DNA from: an uncultured Alphaproteobacteria bacterium
GTDB taxonomy: Bacteria; Pseudomonadota; Alphaproteobacteria; Thalassobaculales; Thalassobaculaceae
Direction of reading: 5' to 3'
Length of the DNA: 64,000 nucleotides
Assembly: GCA_902589475.1 (NCBI GenBank)
Contig: CACITD010000007.1
Coordinates: forward strand, 1,981 to 65,980
The notes below the pieces were generated by a model, which was not told the origin of the DNA, ran no database searches, and worked only from the letters and a program-made list of their open reading frames with translations. Each line of letters begins with the position of its first letter. Position 1 is the first letter of the stretch. The translations under genes were made by a program, and so were the position numbers. Shown here piece by piece: positions 20,877 to 31,518 of this stretch.

Positions 20877-21611
20877 ATGGCCAGCAAATTCACAGATGCA
20901 AATGAAATAGCAAAATTTTCTTCCCTTTATGAGGACTGGTGGAAAAATGATGGAGCTTTTGGGGCGCTCCATAAACTTACGCCTGCCAGAATGCTTTTCA
21001 TCCGACAAGCGTTGGGTAACTTTGCACAACGCGGTGCTGAAATTCCAAAACCTTTTTCAGGTTTACGAATTCTAGATGTTGGATGTGGGGGAGGTTTATT
21101 AACGGAACCTTTACAAAGACTTGGTGCTAACGTTACCGGACTGGATGCTTCCGCAGAGGCTATTAAAGCCGCTAAAGATCATGCTTTGATTATGGGGCTA
21201 GATATAGAATACAGGATCGGTGATTTGAGCGTTATACCTGACGAATTAAATCAGTTTGACGTTGTTATTGCCTCTGAAGTCATAGAGCATGTCCCAGATC
21301 CCCAAAGTTTTATACAAGAGATTTACAAGTTAACCAAACCAGGTGGCAAACTAATAATTACAACCCTTAATCGATCAATATTGTCTTTATTGGGAGCAAA
21401 AATTTTTGCTGAGTATTTATTGAAAATCGTACCCGTTGGAACGCACGACTGGAGAAAATTCATAAAACCCTCTGAACTGAACTCCATGTTAACAAACGCG
21501 CAGTTTAAACTCGAGACCATCAGGGGAATTTCCTATTCCGTGAGTGAGGATGAATTCCAGTTAGCGACGAACCCCGTTGTCAATTACGCGGTCAGCGCGC
21601 TTAGATGCTAA
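20877..21611 (+). CDS. ubiG: bifunctional 3-demethylubiquinol 3-O-methyltransferase / 2-polyprenyl-6-hydroxyphenol methylase
   Basis: WWKNDGAFGALHKLTPARMLFI and SAM motif ILDVGCGGGLLTEPL. 244 aa. Confidence 0.9.
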   Translation: MASKFTDANEIAKFSSLYEDWWKNDGAFGALHKLTPARMLFIRQALGNFAQRGAEIPKPFSGLRILDVGCGGGLLTEPLQRLGANVTGLDASAEAIKAAKDHALIMGLDIEYRIGDLSVIPDELNQFDVVIASEVIEHVPDPQSFIQEIYKLTKPGGKLIITTLNRSILSLLGAKIFAEYLLKIVPVGTHDWRKFIKPSELNSMLTNAQFKLETIRGISYSVSEDEFQLATNPVVNYAVSALRC

Positions 21612-21623
21612 AACTTTCGTATG

Positions 21624-22076
21624 TCAGGAATTCTCTTTTGGAAGCCAAGGGATAGGCGTAAAATCCACGCCTTCGTCTACAAGCTCCCTTGCGTCCTCTA
21701 GGCTTGCTTCCCCGTATATATTCTTCGCGTCAGCTTCGCCGTAGTGAATTTTTCTTGCTTCTTCCGCGAATTGATCTCCTACGTAGTCGCAGTTCCGTTC
21801 AATTTCCGCTCTGAGTTCTTTGAGTTTTTTTCGAAACTCTTCATTTTGCGGACTGACATTTGTGCTTGTAGATAGCTCTCTAGCTCCAAAAGTTGCTGGA
21901 GCCTCATTCTTGGATTTATTTATCCTTGGAGCCATGAGGGCCTTACCTATCTTCGTTGACCCGCAAACTGGGCATGTAAGAAGTTTTCTTTTTGCCTGCT
22001 TCTCGTAGGCTTGACTATCTCGAAACCAGGCTTCGAATTGGTGTTCGGAGTCACAGTGCAGTTGATATAATATCAC
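21624..22076 (-). CDS. DUF1178 family protein (zinc-ribbon-like, function unknown)
   Basis: MILYQLHCDSEHQFEAWFRDSQAYEKQ...CPVCGS matches the DUF1178 N-terminal pattern I recall. GTG start. Confidence 0.65.
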   Translation of the reverse strand: MILYQLHCDSEHQFEAWFRDSQAYEKQAKRKLLTCPVCGSTKIGKALMAPRINKSKNEAPATFGARELSTSTNVSPQNEEFRKKLKELRAEIERNCDYVGDQFAEEARKIHYGEADAKNIYGEASLEDARELVDEGVDFTPIPWLPKENS

Positions 22077-22241
22077 TCAAATACCCCATCTGGTTATTAA
22101 AAAACTTCAATTATTTGCCCTGTTTAGCGAAGATAGTAAGCTGGTACGATATTTTCAAGTTATATGTTTTTAATTCAGCTATAGTGGTATGGAGTTGGTT
22201 TCACCATTTATTCTGGTATCTCTTTTTATCTAGGAGAAAAA

Positions 22242-22772
22242 ATGGCACAGATATCTGAATGGGTGAGACGTTATTATAGCCAAATCCCTAAAAACGGTCT
22301 CATTCTAGACCTTGCTGGAGGTACAGGGCGCCACGCGCGTTTTCTTTCTAAAAAAGGCTTTAAGCTTGTTTTAGTTGATAATCAGATAGCTAAGGCTCGA
22401 GATCTTCAGAATGTTGAGGGCGTAAAGTTGATAGAATATGATCTAGAGGATGGTAATCCGCTACCTTTTCCAGCGGGTTCCTTTCAAGGTATTGTTGTTA
22501 CAAACTATTTATATCGTCCTATCTTCCCAAAGTTGCTCTGTTTACTTGACGATGGAGGTGTCCTAATTTACGAAACCTTTGCCCTCGGGCATGAAAAATA
22601 TGGACGCCCAACAAATCCCGACTACCTACTCAAGTCTGGCGAGCTCATTAATCTTGTCAGTCCTCAAATGCGGGTAATTGCGTATGAAGAGCGTTTAATA
22701 GCTCGACCAGCTAAAGCCTATGTTCAACGCATAGTGGCTGATAAAAACTTGCAAAACTCTATTCGCCAATGA
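22242..22772 (+). CDS. class I SAM-dependent methyltransferase
   Basis: Motif I LILDLAGGTGRHARFL, an acidic residue after beta-2 (LVLVD), and GGVLIYETF. AGGAG lies upstream of the ATG. Confidence 0.7.
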   Translation: MAQISEWVRRYYSQIPKNGLILDLAGGTGRHARFLSKKGFKLVLVDNQIAKARDLQNVEGVKLIEYDLEDGNPLPFPAGSFQGIVVTNYLYRPIFPKLLCLLDDGGVLIYETFALGHEKYGRPTNPDYLLKSGELINLVSPQMRVIAYEERLIARPAKAYVQRIVADKNLQNSIRQ

Positions 22773-23559
22773 ATTTTGGCGGTCTTTTTTCCATAAAAGC
22801 TGTTATGCCTTCAGCATGGTCAGATGTCATCATACTATCTGCCATTCGTTCGGCTTCCATCTGAAGCTGTGTTTCCATCGACAAATGATTTGTTTGATTG
22901 AATAGTTTTTTTGCATTTGAATAAGCGACAGTAGGGCCTTTGGCTAGCCGAACTGCTAACTTATGCGTTTCGGCGTCTAATTCTTCGTCTGGAACTACCC
23001 AATTAATAATGCCCAATTCCTTGGCCCTCTCCGAGGAAAAACGATCCCCCAGAAAAGCAAGTTCCATTTGCTGTTTCATTCCTAACGTGCGACCAAGAAA
23101 ATAGGAGGAACCTCCGTCCGGGCTTGCTCCAATATGACAATACGCTAGAGTAAAAAAAGCTTTACTACTCGCTATTGCCAAATCGCAGGCTGCAACTAGT
23201 CCGACACCAAAACCAGCAGCTGCGCCCCTAACACTAGCGATCACTGGTTTACCCATTCTTCTTATGGCAAAAATAGGGAGGTGGAGTAGATGAATTCCTT
23301 CTAGGATCTGTTTTCTCCGTTCTGCCTCATCCAAACTTAAGCGGTCTACCATACTTCGAATATCACCTCCTGACATAAAATGGTCTCCGGCACCTGTAAT
23401 CACGATGCATCGAGCATCATTGTTAAACTCTAGCGAGGCGATAATTTCTCTAAATGATGTTCTCAGTTCGGGGGTGAGTTCATTGCGCACTTCGGGTTGA
23501 TTTAAAGTGACGGTCGCAACGCCATTCTTTATCTGAAGTAGGACACTATCTGAAGTCAT
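22759..23559 (-). CDS. enoyl-CoA hydratase/isomerase (crotonase) family protein
   Basis: VITGAGDHFMSGGDI and the SVRGAAAGFGVGLVAACDL oxyanion-hole regions. 266 aa. Confidence 0.85.
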   Translation of the reverse strand: MTSDSVLLQIKNGVATVTLNQPEVRNELTPELRTSFREIIASLEFNNDARCIVITGAGDHFMSGGDIRSMVDRLSLDEAERRKQILEGIHLLHLPIFAIRRMGKPVIASVRGAAAGFGVGLVAACDLAIASSKAFFTLAYCHIGASPDGGSSYFLGRTLGMKQQMELAFLGDRFSSERAKELGIINWVVPDEELDAETHKLAVRLAKGPTVAYSNAKKLFNQTNHLSMETQLQMEAERMADSMMTSDHAEGITAFMEKRPPKFIGE

Positions 23560-23612
23560 ATTTTAGATCTTTCCTTTAAATAACAAATTTTAACGAAATA
23601 CTGCCTAGTTAA

Positions 23613-24044
23613 TCATAAAAAGTCCCGCAACATACTGACAAGCGGTTCATCGGCGGGGGGCATATCAAATTCTCTTAATTTTTTTGGCCATACCCAACGC
23701 ATTTCCTGTGATTCTAAAGCCAAAATATCGCCCCACCAGCGTCGGCAAATGAATAATGGCATGAGGAGATGGAAATTCTCATACTGGTGGCTGGCAAAGC
23801 TGAGGGGGGCTAGGCAAGTTCCTTTTGTTTCAATATTTAATTCTTCCTTGAGCTCTCTTATAAGCGCTTGTTCGGGGGTCTCCCCCTTTTCAATTTTTCC
23901 ACCGGGGAATTCCCAAAGACCAGCCATTTCTTTGCCGTTAGGACGTCTTGTGATTAAAACTCTGCCATCAGCATCAACGAGAGCACCCGCCACTACAATA
24001 ACAAGGGGCTTTTTTGAGGATTTTTCTGTCACGTCGTGAACCAA
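23613..24044 (-). CDS. mutT: Nudix hydrolase, MutT-type (8-oxo-dGTP diphosphatase-like)
   Basis: Nudix box GGKIEKGETPEQALIRELKEELNI. Adjacent to argJ. TTG start is uncertain. Confidence 0.75.
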   Translation of the reverse strand: MVHDVTEKSSKKPLVIVVAGALVDADGRVLITRRPNGKEMAGLWEFPGGKIEKGETPEQALIRELKEELNIETKGTCLAPLSFASHQYENFHLLMPLFICRRWWGDILALESQEMRWVWPKKLREFDMPPADEPLVSMLRDFL

Positions 24045-24101
24045 GAGAAGGGTTAGTGAAAATTGGATGATCTAAAAATTCTACTATTTACAAACTTTGC
24101 C

Positions 24102-25334
24102 TCAGCTTCTGTAATCCGCATTAATCTCGATATAACCATGTGTTAAGTCACAAGTCCAAACGGTGCTTTTACCATTTCCAAGACCAACATCAACTGTAAT
24201 GTTAATTTCTCTGCCTTGGAGGTGCTCCGTAACGGGCGCCTCATTGTACCCCTCTACTACGGCACCTTTTTCGGCAATTGTTGTTTTGCCAAAGCAAACA
24301 GATATTTTATCCGGGTTAGCTTTCTCGCCGGATTTCCCAACCGCCATCACTACCCTTCCCCAATTTGCATCGCCACCCGCAATAGCTGTCTTTACAAGCG
24401 GAGAATTTGCTATTGCGAGCCCAATCTTACGGGCAGATTTCTTGGAATTTGCGCCGGTTACATTAATTTGGATGAGTTTTTGTGCACCTTCTCCATCACA
24501 AACAATTTGTTTTGCAAGATTCAACATCACTGATTGTAACGCCAACTCAAAATCCTTAAGGACAGGATCGTCAGCAGAAGTCGGTGCTTTTGATTTTGCT
24601 GCTCCTGTTGCAAATAAAAGAAGTGTATCGCTTGTTGATGCGTCACTATCGACTGTAATTGCATTGAACGTGTTTTGAACATTTCTAGATAATAAAGTCT
24701 GTAAAATGTTGGAGGGAATATTGGCGTCAGTGAAGATAAAGCTAAGCATGGTGGCCATATCTGGTGCGATCATGCCGGAACCCTTTGCGATCCCTGTGAT
24801 TTGAATTTTTTTATTTCTAATTAAAGCAACCTCTGAGGCGCCTTTTGGAAATGTATCCGTCGTTGTAATTGCTGTCGCAGCCTTATTCCAATTCCCCTCT
24901 TTCAAGTTTTCTGACATCTTCGGAATTTTGGTGATTATTTTTTTGTAATTTAATTTCTCTCCAATCACTCCGGTTGAAGCCATAAAAACTGAGCTTACAG
25001 GGCATTTAAGAGATGCTGATACCGCTTTTGCTATCTCTTTTACGGCTGTTTGACCTTCACTGCCGGTAAAAACATTAGCATTACCAGAATTTACAAACAG
25101 GGCCTGTGCTTTGCCTTTTTGTAGTTTATCTCTGCACCAAATTACTGGGCATCCTGGAACAGACGTCTTTGTTAGTACACCTGCAACAGAAGTGTTTGAC
25201 TTTAATTTGACTAATAGTAAGTCCGGTCGTCCCTTATATTTTAAACCTGAAAGACTTGTAGAACTAGAGACCCCCGTGACTCCAGGCATTCGTGGAAAAT
25301 TTTTGGGAGCTAATGGCGACTTTTTTAAATCCAT
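24102..25334 (-). CDS. argJ: bifunctional glutamate N-acetyltransferase / amino-acid acetyltransferase
   Basis: Autoprocessing site DMATMLSFIFTDA and C-terminal CDLTHGYIEINADYRS. Start set at the ATG at 25334 (MDLKKSPLAP). Confidence 0.93.
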   Translation of the reverse strand: MDLKKSPLAPKNFPRMPGVTGVSSSTSLSGLKYKGRPDLLLVKLKSNTSVAGVLTKTSVPGCPVIWCRDKLQKGKAQALFVNSGNANVFTGSEGQTAVKEIAKAVSASLKCPVSSVFMASTGVIGEKLNYKKIITKIPKMSENLKEGNWNKAATAITTTDTFPKGASEVALIRNKKIQITGIAKGSGMIAPDMATMLSFIFTDANIPSNILQTLLSRNVQNTFNAITVDSDASTSDTLLLFATGAAKSKAPTSADDPVLKDFELALQSVMLNLAKQIVCDGEGAQKLIQINVTGANSKKSARKIGLAIANSPLVKTAIAGGDANWGRVVMAVGKSGEKANPDKISVCFGKTTIAEKGAVVEGYNEAPVTEHLQGREINITVDVGLGNGKSTVWTCDLTHGYIEINADYRS

Positions 25335-25388
25335 TACAAAAACCCTATGCAACAGAGGATAGTTCTAAGGTTAACTAGCAATTTACGG

Positions 25389-26243
25389 TCAATTCTTGGT
25401 CGATTTTACGTTGATGTCAAAGCGCTCGATTTTTGCATTTTCCCTCAACTCTTCTAAAAGTTTTGCCAGCAAAGATTGGCTAAGTCTCGACGCTAACTGA
25501 CCTCGAGCATCGTCAAATGAAGGTGGGGCAGCCTCTTTACGATCTTCTACTAAAATAATATGCCAGCCAAATTGTGTTTTCACCGGCTTATCAACTATTT
25601 GACCGGGCTTTAATTTGAAAGCTGCTTCTGAAAACTCAGGAACCATCTGACCTTTAGTAAACCAACCTAAATCGCCACCAGAGGATGCTGAGGGGCCGGT
25701 TGAGTGTTTGCTTGCGGCTTCTGAAAAATCAGCTCCATCTTTAAGCGATTTGATAAGCTCATTAGCCTTGGTTTCGTCGTTGAGAAGAATATGTCTAGCC
25801 TTTACTTCTTCCTCACCAGCCATTTCAGATTTTGTTTCGGTATACAGTTGCCGAAGTGCTTCTTCGGTAATTTGCGAATTAACTGTCGTTCGAAGAAAAA
25901 CTTCCGAAATAATTTGTCCTTTGATTTCTTCGAGCCGTTTTTTAACCTCTGGATTGTCTGAAAACCCTTTTTTAATTCCCGCATTTCTTACAAGTCTGGC
26001 GTCAATTGCCCGTGCGAGCAGTGATGGGAACACGGTATCCAATGACAATTTTTGATATTCTCTGGGCAACTGTTTTGCCATCTCGAGTATCTCGTCTAAA
26101 AAGATGCTTTCACCCTCGACCTTGGCTACGAGTTTGTTTTCTGCATCCTTTAAAATGTTATTCGTATTTGAAGTCGTTTGTGCAATAGCCGACCCGCAGC
26201 ATAAAATGAATAAGGCGATGCTATACTTAGATAATTTTTTCAT
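25389..26243 (-). CDS. periplasmic peptidyl-prolyl cis-trans isomerase, parvulin (PpiC/SurA-like) family
   Basis: Signal peptide MKKLSKYSIALFILCCGSAIAQ. Parvulin domain KARHILL...FGWHIILVEDR. Start moved to the ATG at 26243. Confidence 0.8.
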   Translation of the reverse strand: MKKLSKYSIALFILCCGSAIAQTTSNTNNILKDAENKLVAKVEGESIFLDEILEMAKQLPREYQKLSLDTVFPSLLARAIDARLVRNAGIKKGFSDNPEVKKRLEEIKGQIISEVFLRTTVNSQITEEALRQLYTETKSEMAGEEEVKARHILLNDETKANELIKSLKDGADFSEAASKHSTGPSASSGGDLGWFTKGQMVPEFSEAAFKLKPGQIVDKPVKTQFGWHIILVEDRKEAAPPSFDDARGQLASRLSQSLLAKLLEELRENAKIERFDINVKSTKN

Positions 26244-26450
26244 GAAGTTTACATTAAAACTTACCATCATTTCATATGCCCTTGGCTGTAGTTTTTTGTC
26301 TGGATCTTGATGCCAAAAAAAGATAGACATTTCATATATCTGCTGTAGCAACAAGTTCGTATTATAGGTAGATAGCATTAATGCCCTATTGGTAGCTACA
26401 GAATACGTAAAATAAATTTTTCCTTGTTGTTCATTGAAAAAAACACCACA

Positions 26451-26479
26451 TTGACAGGATGAAGTGCAGAGCGTATTGC
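26451..26479 (+). promoter_or_regulatory. putative sigma-70 promoter of secA (TTGACA-N17-TATTGC)
   Basis: Perfect -35 hexamer TTGACA at 26451-26456 and a weak -10 17 nt downstream. The 5' UTR that follows can form an imperfect hairpin (GCGTATTGC...GCAATAGCGC, 26471-26504). Confidence 0.3.
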
Positions 26480-26537
26480 TGTCGTCGTTTTATCGCAATA
26501 GCGCGTTTGTTTCGCAACTACTTAGCAGGAAGCAGGG

Positions 26538-29201
26538 ATGTTAAGTGCTTTAGCAAAAACATTATTTGGTTCTGAAAATGACCGAGTGTTGAAAAAAATG
26601 CAGGCTTCGGTTGACGCAATAAATGCGTTAGAACCTGAACTTGAAAAGCTGAGTGACGAAGAACTTGTGGCTAGAACACCTTGGCTCCAAGAACGAATTC
26701 AAAATGGTGAAACTCTCGATGATCTTCTCGTAGATGCTTTTGCTACTGTGAGGGAAGGTTCCAAACGTACTTTAGGGCAACGTCACTTCGATGTTCAGTT
26801 ATTGGGAGGTATAGTTCTTCACGAGGGCAAGATTGCCGAAATGAAAACAGGCGAGGGTAAAACACTCGTTGCAACGCTCGCGGTTTATTTAAATGCCTTG
26901 AAGGGTAGGGGGGTGCATGTCGTAACTGTCAACGATTACCTAGCCCAAAGAGACTCTGCGTGGATGGGTGCAGTTTATGAGTTCTTAGGCCTTTCTGTTG
27001 GCGTAATCGTTCAGGGCTTATCTGATGAAGAGCGTCAGATGGCTTACCAGTCCGACGTTACATATGGAACGAACAATGAATTCGGTTTTGACTATCTAAG
27101 AGATAACATGAAATTTCGTCTCGAAGATATGTGTCAGCGAGATTTCGAATTTGCGATTGTTGATGAAGTCGACTCTATTTTGATTGATGAAGCTAGAACG
27201 CCGTTGATTATTTCAGGCCCGGCAGAAGATAGTTCGGAACTTTATCGTAACGTAAACGAATTAATTCCTGAGCTCTTAGATGCCGATTACGAGAAAGACG
27301 AAAAACAGCGAACAGTCATGCTTACTGAAGCTGGGACCGAAAAAATAGAGCAGCTTCTTCAAGAAAAGGAGTTGGTGTCAGGGGAGGGAATGTATGATAG
27401 CCAGAACATCTCGGTTGTTCATCATGTCAATCAGGCACTAAGAGCCCACAAGCTTTTTACGCGGGATGTTGATTACATGGTGCGTAACGATATGGTTGTC
27501 ATCATCGATGAATTTACAGGTCGAGCTATGGAAGGTAGGCGATACTCTGACGGACTTCATCAGGCTCTTGAGGCGAAAGAATTTGTAACAGTCCAAAACG
27601 AAAACCAAACATTAGCTTCCATAACATTCCAAAATTATTTCAGGCTTTTCCCCAAATTAGCAGGAATGACCGGGACAGCTATGACGGAAGCATCGGAGTT
27701 TGCGGAGATCTATGCACTTGATGTCGTTGAGATACCAACTAACACTGACGTTAATAGACAAGATGAAGACGATGAAGTGTATAGAACTGAAAATGAAAAA
27801 TGGTCTGCGATTATAGACCTGATAGAAGACTGTAGGAAACGTGGCCAGCCTGCTCTTGTCGGAACAGTTTCTATAGAAAAGTCAGAAATATTATCTAAGT
27901 TGCTGAAAAAAAAGCGCATAGAACATCAGGTTCTTAACGCTAGATTTCATGAGCAAGAGGCGCAAATTATAGCGCAGGCTGGCGCTCCCGGTGCGGTCAC
28001 AATTGCTACTAATATGGCTGGGAGGGGAACAGATATACAGTTAGGCGGCCATGCTGAAATGCGAATTGCTAATGAGACGGATGGCAACGACACTGCGAGG
28101 GAAAACGAAATTAGATCGGAAGTAGGTGTAGAAAAAAATAAAGTTATTGGAGCAAATGGCCTCTACGTAATCGGCACAGAACGACATGAAAGTCGGCGTA
28201 TAGATAATCAATTGAGAGGCCGGTCGGGAAGACAGGGGGATCCCGGAGCCTCGAAGTTCTTTTTATCCTTAGAGGATGACCTTATGAGGATATTTGGGTC
28301 CGAACGTATGGATGGAATGCTTAAAAAACTAGGACTTGAGGAAGGGGAAGCTATAATTCATCCCTGGATCAATAAAGCATTGGAAAAGGCACAACAAAAG
28401 GTTGAAGCCAGAAACTTTGACATAAGAAAACAACTTCTAAAGTACGACGATGTAATGAATGACCAAAGAAAGGTCATTTATGAGCAACGCCGCGAAATAA
28501 TGCACGCTGAAGACGTAAATGCCACGGTGACAGATATGCGGCACGAGGTGATTGAAAGTTTGGTTAATAAGACAATTCCTGCAGGCACATACCATGAGCA
28601 ATGGGATTTAGATACATTGGCTGCAGAGGTCGCTGGCACTCTAAACTTAGACGAAGATATAAAAAAATGGGCTGACGAAGAGGGTGTAGCTGACCAGGAG
28701 ATACTAGAGCGACTCCTGGAGGCGTCAAATCGAAGATTGGCAGAAAAGGCTGCTAACTATGGTTCCGAATTATTTCGAATGGCAGAGAAAAGTATTTTGT
28801 TACAAGTTATTGATCAGCAATGGAAGGAGCATCTCCTTGCACTTGATCACTTAAGGCAGGGGATAAATTTGAGGGCGTACGCCCAACGTGATCCACTGAA
28901 TGAGTACAAGCGTGAAGCATTCAATTTATTTGATGAAATGCTAGAAAGCGTTCGACATACCATAACGGGGGCTCTTTCTAATTTAGAAATTCAACTCGAT
29001 AACGAAGAAATGAGTGGCCAACAAAACTCCGCTGAAGATTATCAGGCTAGGGAAGTTAGCCAAGGTCCAAAGCGTTTGTTAAATACAGCTAGCCAAGAAA
29101 TAGATCCGGATGACCCGTCAACTTGGGGAAAAGTTCCCCGAAACGCGCCTTGTCCATGTGGAAGTGGACGTAAATATAAACATTGTCACGGTAAGTTATA
29201 A
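26538..29201 (+). CDS. secA: preprotein translocase ATPase SecA
   Basis: [14 protein letters not shown] Walker A, the [23 protein letters not shown] motif, and the C-terminal zinc motif [14 protein letters not shown]. Confidence 0.97.
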   Translation: MLSALAKTLFGSENDRVLKKMQASVDAINALEPELEKLSDEELVARTPWLQERIQNGETLDDLLVDAFATVREGSKRTLGQRHFDVQLLGGIVLHEGKIAEMKTGEGKTLVATLAVYLNALKGRGVHVVTVNDYLAQRDSAWMGAVYEFLGLSVGVIVQGLSDEERQMAYQSDVTYGTNNEFGFDYLRDNMKFRLEDMCQRDFEFAIVDEVDSILIDEARTPLIISGPAEDSSELYRNVNELIPELLDADYEKDEKQRTVMLTEAGTEKIEQLLQEKELVSGEGMYDSQNISVVHHVNQALRAHKLFTRDVDYMVRNDMVVIIDEFTGRAMEGRRYSDGLHQALEAKEFVTVQNENQTLASITFQNYFRLFPKLAGMTGTAMTEASEFAEIYALDVVEIPTNTDVNRQDEDDEVYRTENEKWSAIIDLIEDCRKRGQPALVGTVSIEKSEILSKLLKKKRIEHQVLNARFHEQEAQIIAQAGAPGAVTIATNMAGRGTDIQLGGHAEMRIANETDGNDTARENEIRSEVGVEKNKVIGANGLYVIGTERHESRRIDNQLRGRSGRQGDPGASKFFLSLEDDLMRIFGSERMDGMLKKLGLEEGEAIIHPWINKALEKAQQKVEARNFDIRKQLLKYDDVMNDQRKVIYEQRREIMHAEDVNATVTDMRHEVIESLVNKTIPAGTYHEQWDLDTLAAEVAGTLNLDEDIKKWADEEGVADQEILERLLEASNRRLAEKAANYGSELFRMAEKSILLQVIDQQWKEHLLALDHLRQGINLRAYAQRDPLNEYKREAFNLFDEMLESVRHTITGALSNLEIQLDNEEMSGQQNSAEDYQAREVSQGPKRLLNTASQEIDPDDPSTWGKVPRNAPCPCGSGRKYKHCHGKL

Positions 29202-29357
29202 TTATCTAAATTCTCCTTCTCTCTTGTTTGCTCATTAAGCATTCTTAGAGTATCGTCAAACAATAGTGGGATATCTCGTGCTCCAAAAAACGGCCGCTCT
29301 TTAGGTCTGTTGGAGATGCTCATGACGTAGGCTTATTGCTGTAAGGAAGGCGAGTGG

Positions 29358-30509
29358 ATGAAACATCTTATAAACATACCAAAGATAGAGGGAAACGCAT
29401 CCCGCCAAGCGCATGCGGACTTACCTAAGGGCACCTACGAACGTGAGATAAGTAAAGAAGGTTTTTTCGGACCGTCAGCTCATATTTATCATCGTAATCC
29501 ACCGACTGGCTGGATAGATTGGGATGGTCCACTTCGCCCTCGTGCATTTAACTTAAACCAACTTAGTCAAAATCTGGATTGTCCTTGGAATAGTTTTGAA
29601 CTGCTATTCAACGAGAATTGCCGCATCGGGATGTGGCGAGCAAGTGCTAGTATGAAACATTTAGTCAGAAACGCAGATGGTGATCAATTGCTCTTTATTC
29701 ACTCTGGAGAAGGAGGAATTTATTGCGATTTTGGTCGGTTCGAAATTACGTCTGGGGATTATGTCTTGCTCCCGAGAGGAACCATGTGGCGAGTTGAAGT
29801 TAAGGTTCCCGTCAGTATGTTGTTAATTGAATCTACAAATACAAGTATTTCTTTACCTGACAAAGGTATAGTCGGGGTTCACGCATTTTTTGATCCAGCA
29901 ATGCTAGATACTCCAATGATTGATGATAAGTTTCTTGATCAACAAACGGTAGATGGAGACATTGAACCTTGGGAGATAAGGATCAAACGAAAAAATATTA
30001 TTTCTACTGTTAAATATCCCTATAACCCGCTCGATGCTGTGGGTTGGCATGGTTCATTGATGCCGCTAAAAATCAATGTTAAGAACTTTAGGCCATTGAT
30101 GAGCCATCGTTATCATTTGCCGCCTTCCGCACATACCACTTTTGTGAGCGAACGTTTCGTTGTGTGCACATTTTGTCCGAGGCCTTTTGAAAAAGACCCA
30201 GGTGCCTTGAAAGTACCCTTTTTTCATAATAACGATGACTATGATGAGGTCCTTTTCTATCATGCGGGAGATTTTTTTAGCCGCGATAACATAGAAGCGG
30301 GGATGATGACACTTCATCCAGCTGGATTTACACACGGACCGCATCCTAAGGCGCTAAATAATATGCTTGAGCAAAAAAAAGCCGAAACGGATGAATATGC
30401 AGTTATGATCGATACTAGAGATCCGTTAACGGTGGCTGATCTTCCAGATAATGTAGAAGTTGACGATTACCTTTATTCTTGGACTAAACACGAGACTGAA
30501 ACTAAATGA
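29358..30509 (+). CDS. homogentisate 1,2-dioxygenase family protein (short form)
   Basis: 383 aa. SRQAHADLPKGTYEREISKEGFFGP at the N-terminus, and FHNNDDYDEVLFYHAG...HPAGFTHGPHP, consistent with the His/Glu/His iron site of HGD-type cupins. Confidence 0.62.
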   Translation: MKHLINIPKIEGNASRQAHADLPKGTYEREISKEGFFGPSAHIYHRNPPTGWIDWDGPLRPRAFNLNQLSQNLDCPWNSFELLFNENCRIGMWRASASMKHLVRNADGDQLLFIHSGEGGIYCDFGRFEITSGDYVLLPRGTMWRVEVKVPVSMLLIESTNTSISLPDKGIVGVHAFFDPAMLDTPMIDDKFLDQQTVDGDIEPWEIRIKRKNIISTVKYPYNPLDAVGWHGSLMPLKINVKNFRPLMSHRYHLPPSAHTTFVSERFVVCTFCPRPFEKDPGALKVPFFHNNDDYDEVLFYHAGDFFSRDNIEAGMMTLHPAGFTHGPHPKALNNMLEQKKAETDEYAVMIDTRDPLTVADLPDNVEVDDYLYSWTKHETETK

Positions 30510-31486
30510 AGTTAGGGTCTATTTCTAATAATTCTCGCGACGGTTGTCCGGTGCTGGTGGATCGCTGTCTTAGGTATATGGTTCCCGTCAACAACGTAAT
30601 AGACAATTGGCAGCTCGGAATTGAAAACTGGTCCGCAGTATCACCAAAACTTGAGAGGATATATGAAAAGCTTGATAAAGGAGTAGCTGAAGGCGCGATT
30701 CCTTATGACAGAAGCAAGCTCAGTGCTCCATTTCCTAGAGCATATCAGTGGCTAGATGGTTCTGCTTACGTAACTCATGTGGAGTTATTGCGAAAAGCTC
30801 GTGGTGTTGAACTTCCAGCAAACTTTTGGGTAGATCCTTTGATGTACCAAGGGGGTTCAGATCACTTTCTAGGGCCATGTGAAACAATAAAAATAAAAGA
30901 CATAAATTGGGGTGTGGACTTTGAGGGTGAACTGGCAGTAGTAGTCGATGATGTTCCGCTAGGGATTTCTGAAAATAAGGCCGAGCAGCACATTAAGTTG
31001 ATTATGTTAGTGAATGATATCAGTCTCCGAAATTTAATACCAGATGAGTTGAACAAAGGTTTTGGGTTCGTTCATGGTAAACCTCCAAGCGCATTCGGTC
31101 CGTTGGCAATAACTCCTGACACAATTGGCCAAAGCTGGAAGGATGGCAAGGTTCATCTCCCGCTGTCGGTCAAATTGAATGGAAAACAAGTAGGATTTGC
31201 GAACGCTGGTGTGGATATGACATTCAGTTTCCCAGAACTAGTTGCCCACGCCGCGAAAACACGGCGACTCCGTGCTGGTACGATAATTGGTTCTGGTACT
31301 ATTTCAAATTCTGATCAGCAGCATGGCTATTCATGCATTGCCGAAATCCGAATGATTGAGACTATTAATGAAGGTGCTCCTCATACCCCGTTTTTACAAT
31401 ATGGTGATAAAATTACGATGGAAATGTTTGCTTCTGATGGTCAATCGATATTTGGATCTCTTGAGCAGACCGTCGAGAAATGCTGA
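30506..31486 (+). CDS. fumarylacetoacetate hydrolase (FAH) family protein
   Basis: FEGELAVVVDDVP...ISLRNL...GKPPSAFGP...GTIIGSGTISN is FAH-fold sequence. ATGA overlap with the preceding dioxygenase gene. Confidence 0.8.
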   Translation: MKLGSISNNSRDGCPVLVDRCLRYMVPVNNVIDNWQLGIENWSAVSPKLERIYEKLDKGVAEGAIPYDRSKLSAPFPRAYQWLDGSAYVTHVELLRKARGVELPANFWVDPLMYQGGSDHFLGPCETIKIKDINWGVDFEGELAVVVDDVPLGISENKAEQHIKLIMLVNDISLRNLIPDELNKGFGFVHGKPPSAFGPLAITPDTIGQSWKDGKVHLPLSVKLNGKQVGFANAGVDMTFSFPELVAHAAKTRRLRAGTIIGSGTISNSDQQHGYSCIAEIRMIETINEGAPHTPFLQYGDKITMEMFASDGQSIFGSLEQTVEKC

Positions 31487-31518
31487 TGATTATGGAAGCT
31501 ACATAAATTATCTGGATA

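Noticed and set aside
24163-24678. ORFs of 171 aa and 105 aa antisense to argJ. Similar long antisense ORFs occur in serA (34054-34536), the transporter gene (50710-51315), uvrD (53816-54226) and the crotonase gene (57414-57842).
   Set aside because: Each overlaps a confidently identified gene on the other strand, and none has a recognisable motif. They are treated as non-coding.
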